Shown: one piece after another, positions 52,490 through 64,000 of the stretch | Numbering within the stretch: position 1 is the stretch's first letter | How the letters are laid out: each line of letters opens with the position of its first letter | DNA from: Phoronis australis | Taxonomy: Eukaryota; Animalia; Phoronida | DNA: 64,000 bases | Direction of reading: 5' to 3' | NCBI GenBank assembly: GCA_002633005.1 | Contig: NMRA01000162.1 | Location: forward strand, 489,632-553,631 | Notes under the pieces: model-generated | Databases searched by the model: none | What the model was told of the DNA's origin: nothing | The model's input: only the letters and a program-made list of their open reading frames with translations | Translations under genes and position numbers: made by a program

Positions 52490-54360
52490 CACAGTGACTG
52501 AATAGTCTTAACTCATGCCTTGAATTGTTGCAAGTCGTCATAAATTCAAATGACTGTCATTTTTGTGAAAATTGCATTTTTGGTGGTGCCTTCCGATTTG
52601 TAATTACTCTTAAACAACATAAAGATTATCCATCCTTTTTAAATGACCCAAGTCTTCATATCTTCTATTAGAAGAAAAACGGTTCCCTCAACCTTAGGCT
52701 AGAAGTATGCTTGACAGACCTATGAACCTGTAATCTGAGTTTAAAATTGCTGAAAGTATCAAAATTAAAAAGGCTTGAAAATGGGTAACAAAGGTTTGAA
52801 GTTGTCTCAAAAAACTTGTACACTTTACAGACAAGTGATGCGTTTAGAGAATTGTTATGGCTAGGGATAAAAAATAAAGACAAAATTTTATGCAATACTC
52901 ATTATATACACCCTTGGTTTATGAAAATACTAAATATTTACTTTTATGTGAAACTGTAGACCAATCACCATATATTTTTGAAAAACAGGGATAACATGTT
53001 TGATCCAATCTGGAGTACTTAATTATTCATATTTCACTATTTGTTCCAGGTGCAGTGACATTTTAAGACCACTTTACACAGTTTTATGCAATACTCATTA
53101 TATACACCCTTGGTTTCTGAAAATAGTAAATATTTACTTTTATGTGAAACTATAGACCAATCACCATATATTTTTGAAAAACAGGGATAACATTTTTGAT
53201 CCAATCTGGAGTACTTAATTATTCATATTTCAATATTTCTTCCAGATGCAGTGACATTTTAAGACCACTTCAAGCAGTATCATAGACAAGCTTTGTTACT
53301 TCGTTCTCTTCCCACAGCACTTCCACACACCAGCAGTACTGCTTGGCACAATGTGCAAGTCAGTGGCCCTGGAAAAATGTGTACTAAGTTACCATAAGAC
53401 AATGTGCCAGTGGAGTGTCTGTGTATCCAGATGAACTATATCTGACTGCTACACAAATAAGCCTTGTTGGCGAGGTTGCCCTTTCATAGGCAATGAGTCA
53501 TGTGTGGAAAATAGTTTATTTCCTTTCCTGGAAGAAACATGAGGGACTGAAGCTAAAGAAGACCTAGTCACACTCTGGTCTAGTTCAGAGTCTGATTTTG
53601 GGCTCAAAACGATTCAAGTGATATGCTGCTGTGTTTACCTTCAAGGGTCTAATTGTGGATGTTATTGAGGCTGAATGAGGTTACATGAGAGAAAGCCACG
53701 TACGTGTTGAAACTGGACCTTTTTTACAAGCGCTTTTATAGGCCATTGAAACTAAAACCCAGTGAAATGAAAGCCAAAAGCTGAGTGACATTAAATTTTC
53801 CTTTCAGAAGAAAGGCTTTATACTATTGGTAAAAACTTTTCAATTTGGTACAGATTATGGGGAAACGACATTCAGTGACTGCATCGATTGTCTTATTGTA
53901 TGTTTTCAATTGTAGCTAGCTGCTATGCACAAGATTCGAGAATAAACAATTATCAGTGTATTTAAAAACAAATGGCAAACTGAAAAAGCACAGAACGAAA
54001 CATTGCGAAGGAGTCCATAATCAGGCATATCAGGTGCTGAATTACTGAATTACATTCAATTCTCTCAGGTTATTGCTGAAGGATTGCTTTTCACTTTGTC
54101 CAACTGTGAAATAGATGGTCAGGCGGTTGGTTTCAGTTGTTTTTTCTTGCCTGTAACAGAATAGAAATATTAGCAAATTGTAAAAGAAATATCAGGCATA
54201 TCAGGTGCTGAATTACTGAATTACGCTCAATTCTCTCAGGTTATTGCTGAAGGATTGCTTTTCACTTTGTCCAACGGTGAAATAGATGGTCAGGCGGTTG
54301 GTTTCAGTTGTTTTTTTCTTGCCTGTAACAGAATAGAAATATTAACAAATTGTAAAAGAA
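52490..54360. mobile_element. Internal copy of the 3910-5808 element, with local tandem duplications (about 52875-53270 and 54019-54360)
   Basis: Collinear with 3910-5135. Duplicated ~200-bp and ~170-bp blocks are visible. Confidence 0.75.
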
Positions 54361-54957
54361 AAGGCAAGAAAAACTACTTTTGTAAGGCAGAACATACTTG
54401 ACATTTCATCTTCATGTTTATGAAACTAGTAACCTTTGTACCCAAGTCTTATTTAATAACTGCATAAAAATATGTGAAACAGGCTAAAAGTGATTTAACA
54501 ATGTGTATTTTTCATGACACTTAAAATGTGCTTCTGATCTCAACAAGTAAAATTCATTCTAGGTGTCAACTTTTTTCCAATGCAATGTTACGACATTTAC
54601 TGAATTAAGGCGTATTCATGTTAATTCGATAACTGAGCTGGTGGTCCTGGGGGTGGGGTCCACGATAAAATAAGGAAACTCACTCATCAAGAGAATTTTA
54701 TTGGAAAGAGCATAGTTTTGAAGAGAAACTGCTGTGAAAAAGTCACTCTTGACTTCTGTGCATCACGTACCATACACCTCTTATTTTGGGAGCACTGTCC
54801 CACCCAGGCCAATATGTGCTGCTAGCCTACCCGGCATCGGGTGAGCTTCCAAAAAGAAACACTTAGTTCCACTCAATAAAACTGTTACTCAGTGGGGTAA
54901 CTGGTGGGGATAACATCACCGAACGATGTTGATAGAAACTGATTGCTAAAAACTTAC

Positions 54958-55118
54958 CAAGTAATGTTGTGTAGTCTCCGAAAGGAACTGCATAGTCATA
55001 GACATAGAGCACACACGGGGCTTCAGCATCCACACACTTTTTGTCAGTTAGTTGACCCTGTTGACCGTAAATGTCCACGAATATAGTAACCTTAGGTCTT
55101 TTGGGAATTTCTGGCCAC
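54958..55118 (-). other. Orphan exon-like segment of unknown function (WPEIPKRPKVTIFVDIYGQQGQLTDKKCVDAEAPCVLYVYDYAVPFGDYTTLL)
   Basis: CAG acceptor, GTAAGT donor and an open, protein-like frame. No partner exons were identified. Confidence 0.35.
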
Positions 55119-55314
55119 CTGTCGAAGACTTGCACTTGGGAAATTAGCAGTAATAAGGCTTAACGCGACGACGTATTTTGATAAAATTTCCATCTTTTAC
55201 CAGTTGTTTACATGCAGACAGCCACGCATGCGCAATTTAATCACCACTAGTACAGCAGCGACACCGCGAGGAGAATTCTCCGAATAGCCCCATTCTCGGT
55301 TGTGATATGCCGTT

Positions 55315-55628
55315 TAAGTATCAGTCCACGGATCCACCTACCACTGTACAGCCAACAACCGGCAAGGTGGGGGGTCAGCCATTCAGATCCATGTTTAGTC
55401 TGATAAATCACATTAGGGATGAGAGAAATTGGGTGTCCATCAATGTACATGTACACCACAGCATCTCCCTCACTACAATTTTAATAGACCAGTTCAAGAA
55501 CTTCACTGTTAAGTATCAGTCCACGGATCCACCGACCACTGTACAGCCAACAAGCGGCAAGGTGGGGGTCAACCATTCAGATCCATGTTTAGCCTGATAA
55601 ATCACATTAGGGATGAGAGAAATTGGGT
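55315..55628. repeat. Two copies of a ~120-bp unit starting TTAAGTATCAGTCCACGGATCCACC (third partial copy at 52393-52478)
   Basis: Direct sequence comparison. Confidence 0.85.
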
Positions 55629-57134
55629 GAAGTATGACACCACAAAGTTTGGTGGTTTGGGAGTTACAAGGGAAGTGTTCTTGGGGGCAAAATGAGGCAA
55701 TTTCTTGGTGTGGAACGAGTCATTTTTGACCAAATTTTCTACTCCAGTTTCTGCTTCAAACAGAATCGTTTCTGAACAATTTTGATATCACATGATAGGT
55801 TCATGACCGATGTCAGTAAAAACGGCACCGACACTGCAATATCGGTTACCATGGTAACACTGCAACTGTTTCCGTGGAGGTACATTTCCTTCTTGTGAAA
55901 AACCAGCAGTAAGTTGTACCCTTATAGCGAAGCTGCCCCCGCGAGAAAACTAATAATAATAACATGGACATGTAGAAGACTCCATGCCCTTGAAACTAAT
56001 ACAATAAAAACTTTGTCAGCCCTTCAGGCAGGCTTGGTAACAGGTGTCTGAATTTCACTATTTTCAGACCGCNAAATTAATACAATAAAAACTTTGTCAG
56101 CGCTTCAGGCAGGCTTGGTAATAGGTGTCTGAATTTCACTATTTTCAGACAGCGTATGTGTATTTGTCATGTTAAACCAGTCACTAGTTGTGCGCCGTTT
56201 CTACGCATTAATATGCCGTGGTATAAAACAACAATTAAAACAATTGTTTTGCTTAAATGTTTTAAATTAATTTTAAGGACACTAGCATTTCCCAATAAAT
56301 AATGAAATTATACTAAATTTTTTCATCCAATTCGTCTGAATACCAAACTAAAGCTTACAATGCGTTAGTTGAATGATGGCTGACCTAAAGTGCGGGTTTG
56401 CGAATTTATAATTTATCTGGCACTCCCAGTCGCATCGAATGTGGTATTTCTACAAATTGCGGGGAGAAACAACTTTGGAAACTCTAGGGAAATACACAAG
56501 GTATAAAGCGAGACAGTTGAGCACCTTATAAGAGTACGTGGAGCTGATGTGGAGGTGGAACGTGTCCTCCTGAGTAGTCTGTCTCAGTGTCTNCATTTGA
56601 GCACCTTATAAGAGTACGTGGAGCTGATGTGGAGGTGGAACATGTCCTCCTGAGTCCTGAGAAGTAGTCTGTCTCAGTGTCTGCCTCGGAGGCAGGTGTG
56701 GAGCAGGAGCTACATAATCTACCTTATTAGATTCACTTGCCCGAATCATCATTACAACACTCGAGATATATTGCTGTCGCCAAAGACACTGAGAACATCC
56801 ACTGCACACTAGAGGAGAAATCTGATAGAGCCTGATAGAGGTCTGAAAAATGACCAAAGACGTTAAGTCAAGGTTCAACGTCCTGCTTCGTGTGACCTCA
56901 GGTAGGAATCACTAAACTCCAGGGTCTGACCCTGAGGAATATTTTTAGAAGCACGTCATGCAAAAATACTTTTATTGTCACACCGTGATTGCTTATAACT
57001 TGGGCCTTATTGCTTAATCATATCTTACTCAAATGTGTTGATGTTTATGCAACTATATGTATACATTGGCATAGAAAATAGGTAGTCATCATAACTTTTC
57101 ATAACAACCACCAAATGTGTAACATGACTTCTTA

Positions 57135-57228
57135 AGAACTTAAGTTTTTCCTCTAAAACTTAAGTTATTTTCCAAAAACTTAAGTTTTTTCGCCAAAAAC
57201 TTAAGTTTTTAGCGAAAAACTTAAGTTC
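57135..57228. repeat. Five copies of a 20-21-bp unit with the palindromic core AAAACTTAAGTTTT
   Basis: CTTAAG at about 57139, 57159, 57179, 57200 and 57220. Confidence 0.85.
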
Positions 57229-59564
57229 ATTTTTGTAAGGGTTATTTATACATGTACTGTATGGATACAAGAGAGTATCGTAAACTAAAGTCATCGACAG
57301 CAGAAAGATGCACTCCGAAAAGGCGCAATCACAATTTCTAGGATTCACATTTCCTGAACATAAATTTTAAGCACCGATTTGTACAACAGGCCTCATATAC
57401 ACTTCAGTTCATCAGTGATGCCAGCATAGACTAAAGAGTATCTGTCATGCCAGTTTGCTCGTGTGAAGCGCTACCTGTTGAGAATTCGACTAGCCAATCC
57501 GAAACACCCGTAGTTAAAATTTCCCGAGGAAAATTAAGCGATACCTGTGTGCTGGCTACTAGCCATCTAGCGGCACGCAAGGAACCAGCGAGGAACGAAT
57601 ATTACATAGTTTTCTATCAGTTGCTGATTAATTTCACAAATAATTCAACAGCTAAGACTAAACCCATAATTTCTAAAGTAACTTAAAAAAATCACCTGCT
57701 TGGAGTGCTGCTTCTCCTGACCGAAATGTCTTTCTTGGGGGTAAAGTCAGTGTCCTATTTTAACGTGCAATCAAATGGCTAAGAAATTTTAGTGTGAAAT
57801 GCGGGCATACCTGTTTGAGCCGAAGCAACGCAAAATGATACACGTATATAGCCAGTCGTTGTCGATGTCAGGCGAAAATAAGCCGGTGCAACCAGCATGT
57901 ATCAACAATTTACACACTGGCGTGAGTGTGGACAGTACGGACCATGCCAGTCAATACTGAGCTCTGTAAACTTTTTAAGGTTTGGTGGGGGGGTTGCATG
58001 CAAAATCTGGTACTTCACCAACACTCATCAGGTGTTGCAACCGTTTAAAGGGAAAACAATCAGATAAGCGTCATTTCCTATCAATTCACCGCCTTTTGTA
58101 AGAAAAATGTCCGTCCGTTTTCAATAACAGCGCGTTGTAACACGGCACACGCGCCTCTTTCTAAAAATTTGAGACGTCTTTAGGGAGATGATGACATCTT
58201 GGCACTGGCAAGGTTTGTTGTAAAATTCGGTTTGCTGGTATTAAAATACTAAAAACTTTTAAGGAAATGAAACAAGTTCGGATTGCGACATGTACACAAC
58301 CTTGTGCCGGCAGCGAAGAACAGTTGATGAAAGAATGGAGGAAAGAAACTGGCCAAGGTCAGGTGACGTAATCGCCAAAAGTCGACTCAAAAGAAGACGT
58401 TACAATTTTAGCATAAGCCAATTAACGACAGAACGCTAACTTTTCCAACACCGGAAATAAGTTATTTTACTCCAGGAATTACACCAATTTTGCGGCAGAT
58501 TTTATCTGTTCATTTTTTACCCTCATCGGCGCAAACCTCTCTATTAAGTATACAGCTTTGGGCCAAGGCTGAGGCAAGCGATGGCATGCAGTGACCGTCC
58601 CCTTAAATTTACATCTGAACTCAAACTTACCATTGCTCCTCCTGAACCTCCAATGCTGACATTTTAACAGCCATGTATATGTAATATAGGCAATGGACTA
58701 ACATAGAGAAAAGTCACCCCCAATGATACACCCGCGAGTGGTACCTTCAAATGTGTTCGAAACTCAACACCATAGCGGCAACGAATTCATAGTCAGAGAT
58801 AAATTTACGTGCAAATCACCTGATGTTTTTTTACCTCGTTTGATTCAGTCTCTGTCCTCGTGCCTGGTACATATTTTAAGTTGGCTGTCCACTCCACACA
58901 TATGTCTCAAAAGACACAGTGAATCTACCCGTCGTAGTTTGCCGCTTCTGGCTGCGGAACAGTAACGTCATACAACCTTAACAGCGTTTACTCCATGGTC
59001 TGTGTACGGATGGCGATTTTTGAGTACACCCACACCAGGAGACCTCAAGAAATCTCAGTGGTATTATTTTTGCAACACTCACAAGGATGGCGGTCTTAAT
59101 AAAGACATGGGCTACATGAATAACCTGCACTTACCATTTTCTATCCCTCTTTCATTTTGCCTTGTCCCTGCCCTGTGTATAGTTTTGAAATGAGTGGTGC
59201 AAGAAGACCTCTCGCGCAATTTGTTTTCACAGCTGATGAAGAGCCAATCAAAATTTTGTGATTTTTATCAATGTTTTTACCGAATTTGAAAGTGTTTAAC
59301 CAGTTTCTCCATTGTCTCTGCTAATTATTCCCGAACATTGTACTTTTATTTAGCTTCTGCTTATGACCGATACTCCACAAATGTTTGTGTGGGCACTATT
59401 TCTTGGACCTGGAATTATTTAACTGACCCAACGAAAGAAGATGCATTTCATGTTTTGATTGATATGAAATGTAAACTCTGGCGTTTGATCTTGTGATCTA
59501 ATTTTGCATTTGGTCAGTGAGTTGCATTTGTATATTACATTGTGATACTGCTACGTTTTTACAG

Positions 59565-59691
59565 GCTACTGGGCGTGTTCGGCTTAGACATCTCGCTGAC
59601 ATCCTTGAAAAATATTCTTCTTCACAGTTGGAGGAAATCCTATGGGTTCTTGACCGACTTCTATGGCAATGCCGTTCTTCACCCAGGACAG
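59565..59691 (+). CDS. Orphan exon encoding a Cache-domain segment (alpha2delta/CACHD1-like): LLGVFGLDISLTSLKNILLHSWRKSYGFLTDFYGNAVLHPGQ
   Basis: TTTTTACAG acceptor and CAG|GTATAT donor. Matches the dCache pattern LxGVxGxDxxL..L.......Y.F..D..G..L.HP. Confidence 0.5.
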
Positions 59692-62600
59692 GTATATTGT
59701 TGGCCTTGATGGTGTTGGCTGTGCGAAAATTATACAGGATTCCTGATTTGTAGGCGTCGAGAATGAACATGGATTTTAAAAATCGTTTTATTAAGAAATA
59801 TAAAGAGAAGCCTTTGTACGAAGGGAATGGTTGATAAAACTGCATTCTGTGTTTTAGTGTTTATTGAATTGGTTAATATGTAATAGAGACACACAGCCAT
59901 CTGCAGTATGATCTAAATAGGGTTTACATTAATATTGGATTGACAGACATCCACACCACAGCCAGGCCACGCATATTACATGTATCTTCATAACCCAATT
60001 ACAACGCCAGATAATTTTTATTGAAAATCTATTTTCCTTGTCAAATTTTTGTTTCCCTTTTTCATGAAAATTGATTGATTTAAGTAATTTTTCAATTCAA
60101 TTTAAAAAAAAAAGCTAGATAATCGTTTCTGCAATCATCGGGAACGTGTGTCTCGTAGGTGGAGTGATAAAAGCATTCAGTGACTCAAAACCTGCAACTA
60201 CAATTTACTAAATCCAATTATGACAGTGCTAGCATCCAGATTAGTGTTTATATGTTTCTGTACACTAAAAATAAATTCGGATGCACTTCCCCGGAAAACG
60301 CTTAATTACATAGAAGTCAAAAACACATGAACAATATTTGTTGACTTCACACCTAAGGTGCATAAATCTAGCCCCCATTTGTAACACGGACTTAATTGTT
60401 CTTATCATTCTATGAATAATTCTCATTTGTTGCCAGTTCAAACGTAGATCGTTAACTGGACTTAAGTCAAAAGCATTCTGTAAAATAACTTGCCATTCGG
60501 CGTGTGACTTTTTAAGTTCAAATCAGATTCCCATTTTTGTAAAAAATATTGTTTATGTAATTTGTCTAAAAACGCTGTATAAAATTTCGGAATATACTTG
60601 ATATCACTTGTCATTATTTGATCCATCAATGGAAAACGTGGTAAAATTCTTTTGAAAAAACTTATTTACTCTTAAATACTAGTCTCACACTTCCCAGTAA
60701 GCTGTAAATGGTTTGAAAATTGAATTTTGCACAAAAGTGAGTGTACGATAAAAATTTCCAGTCCATGTATGCATACACCACCTAGGAATTTTTTGTCATG
60801 ACAAAATATTTTAAGAAATGCTGAGCAACAACCAAAACATTCGCTACCAACACAACTTCATACCGAAGCTGAACTAAACAGACTTGCATGGCAAGGCCAG
60901 AATTTAATTTCATATACTCACTGGTTTTCTTATCAATTACGGTAGATATTTCAGGTAAGTTACAACCTGGCCACGAGTCCATATCTGTTACCCAGCCACA
61001 AGTGGGGGTTTAAATCACAATCTCACAAAACGTACAAAATAGGCAACATATAAACCAAGACAACAAGAAAATCTGACCAACCTTCTCACTCTCGTTAATT
61101 CACTAGTAGATAGCTGTCTTTTTAGCTAAAGAAATGCGTTGCAAATAAAATTGAAAACTGATTTACTCACAGCGATGAGCAAACTGGTTCTGAATCCTTA
61201 GCTCAGCAGAGATGGGATAAACCAACACCACTTCTAAAAATGAGGCTATTCTGAAATCAGTGAAGAGAAAACAAGAGCAGAGAGAATTTATTTCACCCTC
61301 TTTGCATGGGACAGTACAAAATCACACAAACGCCTCTCAATACGAGAAAAAGTACCAAAATGTCCCGTTCACACTTTCAGTTAAAGATTTTATGTTTGCG
61401 GCAAACCACCAAAAATGAAGGAGTCTTCTGTACTTCCGTATGAAGAAGGACGGAAAAGGAATAATTAGAAATAACCTCATGTTTTATTGAGTCAAACGTT
61501 TTACTCCAAAAGAACACGATAGTTGGAAATTATATCCCCAGTTTCTAATTGCATGCTGATTAGACGGTGACCTTGTTTTCGAATCAAATTTTTGCTCATG
61601 AGATTTGAAAAAACAAATTTCCAATTCGTTTTACACCGATGTGTTTAAAAGGTTTTAACTTATAAATAAATGCAACAGTTTTCAAGAAAACACCTACTGG
61701 AAAACAGGTTTTATGGAATAGCGTAACTATTTTGCTTTTTGATAAACCACTGTTTTGTCAGTACATGTTGGAAGCGTGAATTTTCTTTTGTGGGGATTTT
61801 TAGACAGTAAAAACAAATCCTGTTGTTGGAAATTTATTAAAAATAAATATAATCTTATGAATGTTGTTTACTGTCATATGATGATGTGATTAATGCAATG
61901 AAGAATCACATTAGCGAACTAGAAATCGGATCTATTGGCTGTAACAGCTATCATTTCCATGCAATAAATTATGAAAGTCGTACTAAGGATTGGGTTAAAA
62001 ATTTCTTTTACATACATTTGAGCAAACACCTTATAATTATGGATCCTTAAGTCATTACGATAAAAATGAAAGAAAGAACTTCATGATGCAATTTTAAATA
62101 CTTCTTTACACATAAAAGAACATCTACAAATGTGACTTATACAAGGTTGGAGTAGTCCAAACTGAGAAGAGGCCCTACTGTGAGGAGATGCAGACATTTC
62201 ATCGTATGTTATACTATTGCACCTAAGAGTATTCTGGTAATCGACTCTTTTGAACACAGCCCGCAACGCCCAGTACATATTTAAAATTTGGGATATAATA
62301 GATTTTTGACAAAATCCCAACTCAGACCACAAATTACTTTGCAACACTATTAATACACTCGCACTTTTCGTCATCTACCATACAGCAAATGTGGAAAAGC
62401 ATCCTAGAATCTGCATTAAGACTTACAATAGTATCAAGAGAACTAATCCTGGAACATGTGCGCCAGGCATATTTTAACAAATCCAGGAGCTACGTGTAGT
62501 CAGTTGACGTTGACATGAACGTAGACAGGAAGCGGAGGAGCACCACGCTTACCCGATCTTGAATTGTTGCTGAATAAGGTGGCTACTTGAGTCAGTAGTA

Positions 62601-62916
62601 TTTTCGAAATCGCAATTTTAGTGTTGTTTCACCCCGGTATATTCTGACACGTTTTCTTGGGTAGCTGGTGATTTTGTTCTTGTTGTCTACGAAAGTGGAA
62701 TTCTATCACAATAAGGGGTATTGTGATATCAATGTAGTGAGACTGAAAGGCCTGCTTCAATTTTCGATTTTACTCTGATGGACAGGATGATATGGGACTA
62801 TGACGTGACGGGTCCCTAATTGCTGGCACTGTAAAAATGATTGTTTTGCATTGTTGTCTGGGACACAATTTTAGCAACGCAAACGTGAAAGTGAGCGTGC
62901 TCCAAACGTAGGGGAC

Positions 62917-63288
62917 TCAATGAGATGAATTAGTTGTATATCTCATTATGTAACGTGGACACAACACCTCGTTTTCTGGCACAATGACGAATTCATGCAA
63001 GTAGTGAAACTTTTTGGCATGAATTCTCTCTACGTAGGTGATTATGTTTGAGTCATGCAAATCGTTGTAAAATATCCCAATCTCCACAATGTCTTTCAAT
63101 GTTCTGGTCTGGAAATGCCTAGGATTGGTTTTGCTACCATGACCCGGCTTAATTGCGTTGCCTAAGATTGGGTTTGCGATCATGACCCGGCTTAAGTGCG
63201 TTAGCCAGATAGGGTTGAGACTGTTTACACCGTTACTCTTTGAGCAATACTTTTCAATTTTGATGACGTACTTTTCGGATATATACAA
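62917..63288 (-). pseudogene. Possible PARP/ART catalytic-domain C-terminal half
   Basis: RVMIANPILGN...LHDS...YLHEFVIVPENEVLCPRYIMRY resembles LxxVxLG...HDS...xEFVV....Q..P.YI..Y. The upstream H-G motif was not seen. Confidence 0.35.
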
Positions 63289-63345
63289 TATATTTTAAGT
63301 ACTTAACTGTATATTTAGGCGGCACACAGAATCATTGGCGGAGAG

Positions 63346-63500
63346 GTGTTTGGTCAACCACTCAAGTTATTGGAAATAAGCCCGGAGCAGGTGGAACACG
63401 GCCAACTTTTGGATAACAAGTTAAAAGAACTGAACAAAAATGAGGTCATTGATTTCCGTATCTACAACATATTAAGACCGATGCATGGCAGATACAGTAC
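63346..63500 (+). pseudogene. Possible Penelope-like RT N-terminal remnant
   Basis: LDNKLKELNKNEVIDFRIYNILRP resembles the L..L.K...I....Y..L.P segment preceding YGLPK. The following motif is absent. Confidence 0.25.
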
Positions 63501-64000
63501 AACTTGGAGGAGCGTTCAGTACGTGCATTACTTCTTGACCTACGTGAAAAGTAAGTTGGAGTCGGTCGTGAGCGCAACCTTTTGATAGAACGTCTGAACA
63601 CCTGAGCCGAAGGAACCTCAAACCGGGGATTTGAGCACGTGCTACTTAAAACGGGTGTGAACCATTCTCCAAACCTAAATTTTGGATTCAAATCACTTAT
63701 GGCGGTGAAGCTTGTCCAAAGGTGTTTATTACTCCGATGAGAAGGAATTTCTGGGTTTATGAAGACCTGACAGCTAGACGTTCATTCATACCGGCATTGG
63801 CTTGAAAATAAGCGGACGATTAGTGCCTCATCTCGATCACTAACGAACTGTCAGCGCCGGTATCACCAAAAATAAACCAAAGAGCAAATTGGGGCCAATT
63901 TCATGGCAGTATAGGATCGTAATTAAGTTATTTTTGTGGAAGGATTTATATTTATGCTCAAAAATTGATTTCTCATTTTTGTACTGAGATTTCCGGCCCG

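Noticed and set aside
55996-56152. ~75-bp tandem duplication
   Set aside because: The copies flank a single N (56073), so this is probably an unmerged contig overlap.
56517-56682. ~80-bp tandem duplication
   Set aside because: The copies flank a single N (56593), so this is probably an assembly artefact or two haplotypes.
57810-57920. Ankyrin-like VCKLLIHAGC on the minus strand
   Set aside because: The match is too short, with no TPLH motif or adjacent repeat.

Overview
This is animal genomic DNA, not prokaryotic. It is AT-rich, intron-containing and rich in transposons, probably from a marine invertebrate, and single-N joins suggest a short-read scaffold. Most ORFs in the six-frame track are spurious. 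Hand-splicing recovers two real host genes on the + strand. (1) A complete 3-exon gene (13175-16148, one GC-AG intron) for a 128-aa secreted prokineticin/astakine-like 10-Cys colipase-fold protein with an extra acidic C-terminal tail. (2) The first four exons (30536-52252) of a SABATH-family (Methyltransf_7) SAM-dependent methyltransferase with several altered signature residues; its 3' half was not found in the window. Between these genes lie a nested ~6 kb array and an inverted ~2.2 kb copy of a Helentron/DINE-1-like non-autonomous element (HINE), carrying ~433-bp satellite subunits full of AGGTCA DR1 motifs. SABATH intron 1 holds a full-length, decayed 5.4 kb L1/Tx1 LINE with a 16-bp TSD, a probable Penelope-type minimal hammerhead ribozyme and a 21-bp TATCGATA palindrome array. 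Also present are a Gypsy remnant with LTR and PPT, hAT-like elements with 5-bp TSDs, a Harbinger-like MITE, THAP remnants, several MITE families, and orphan exon-like fragments (Cache-like and PARP-like) near the right end. No CRISPR, rRNA or tRNA genes were recognised. All family assignments come from motif recognition by eye, not from database searches.
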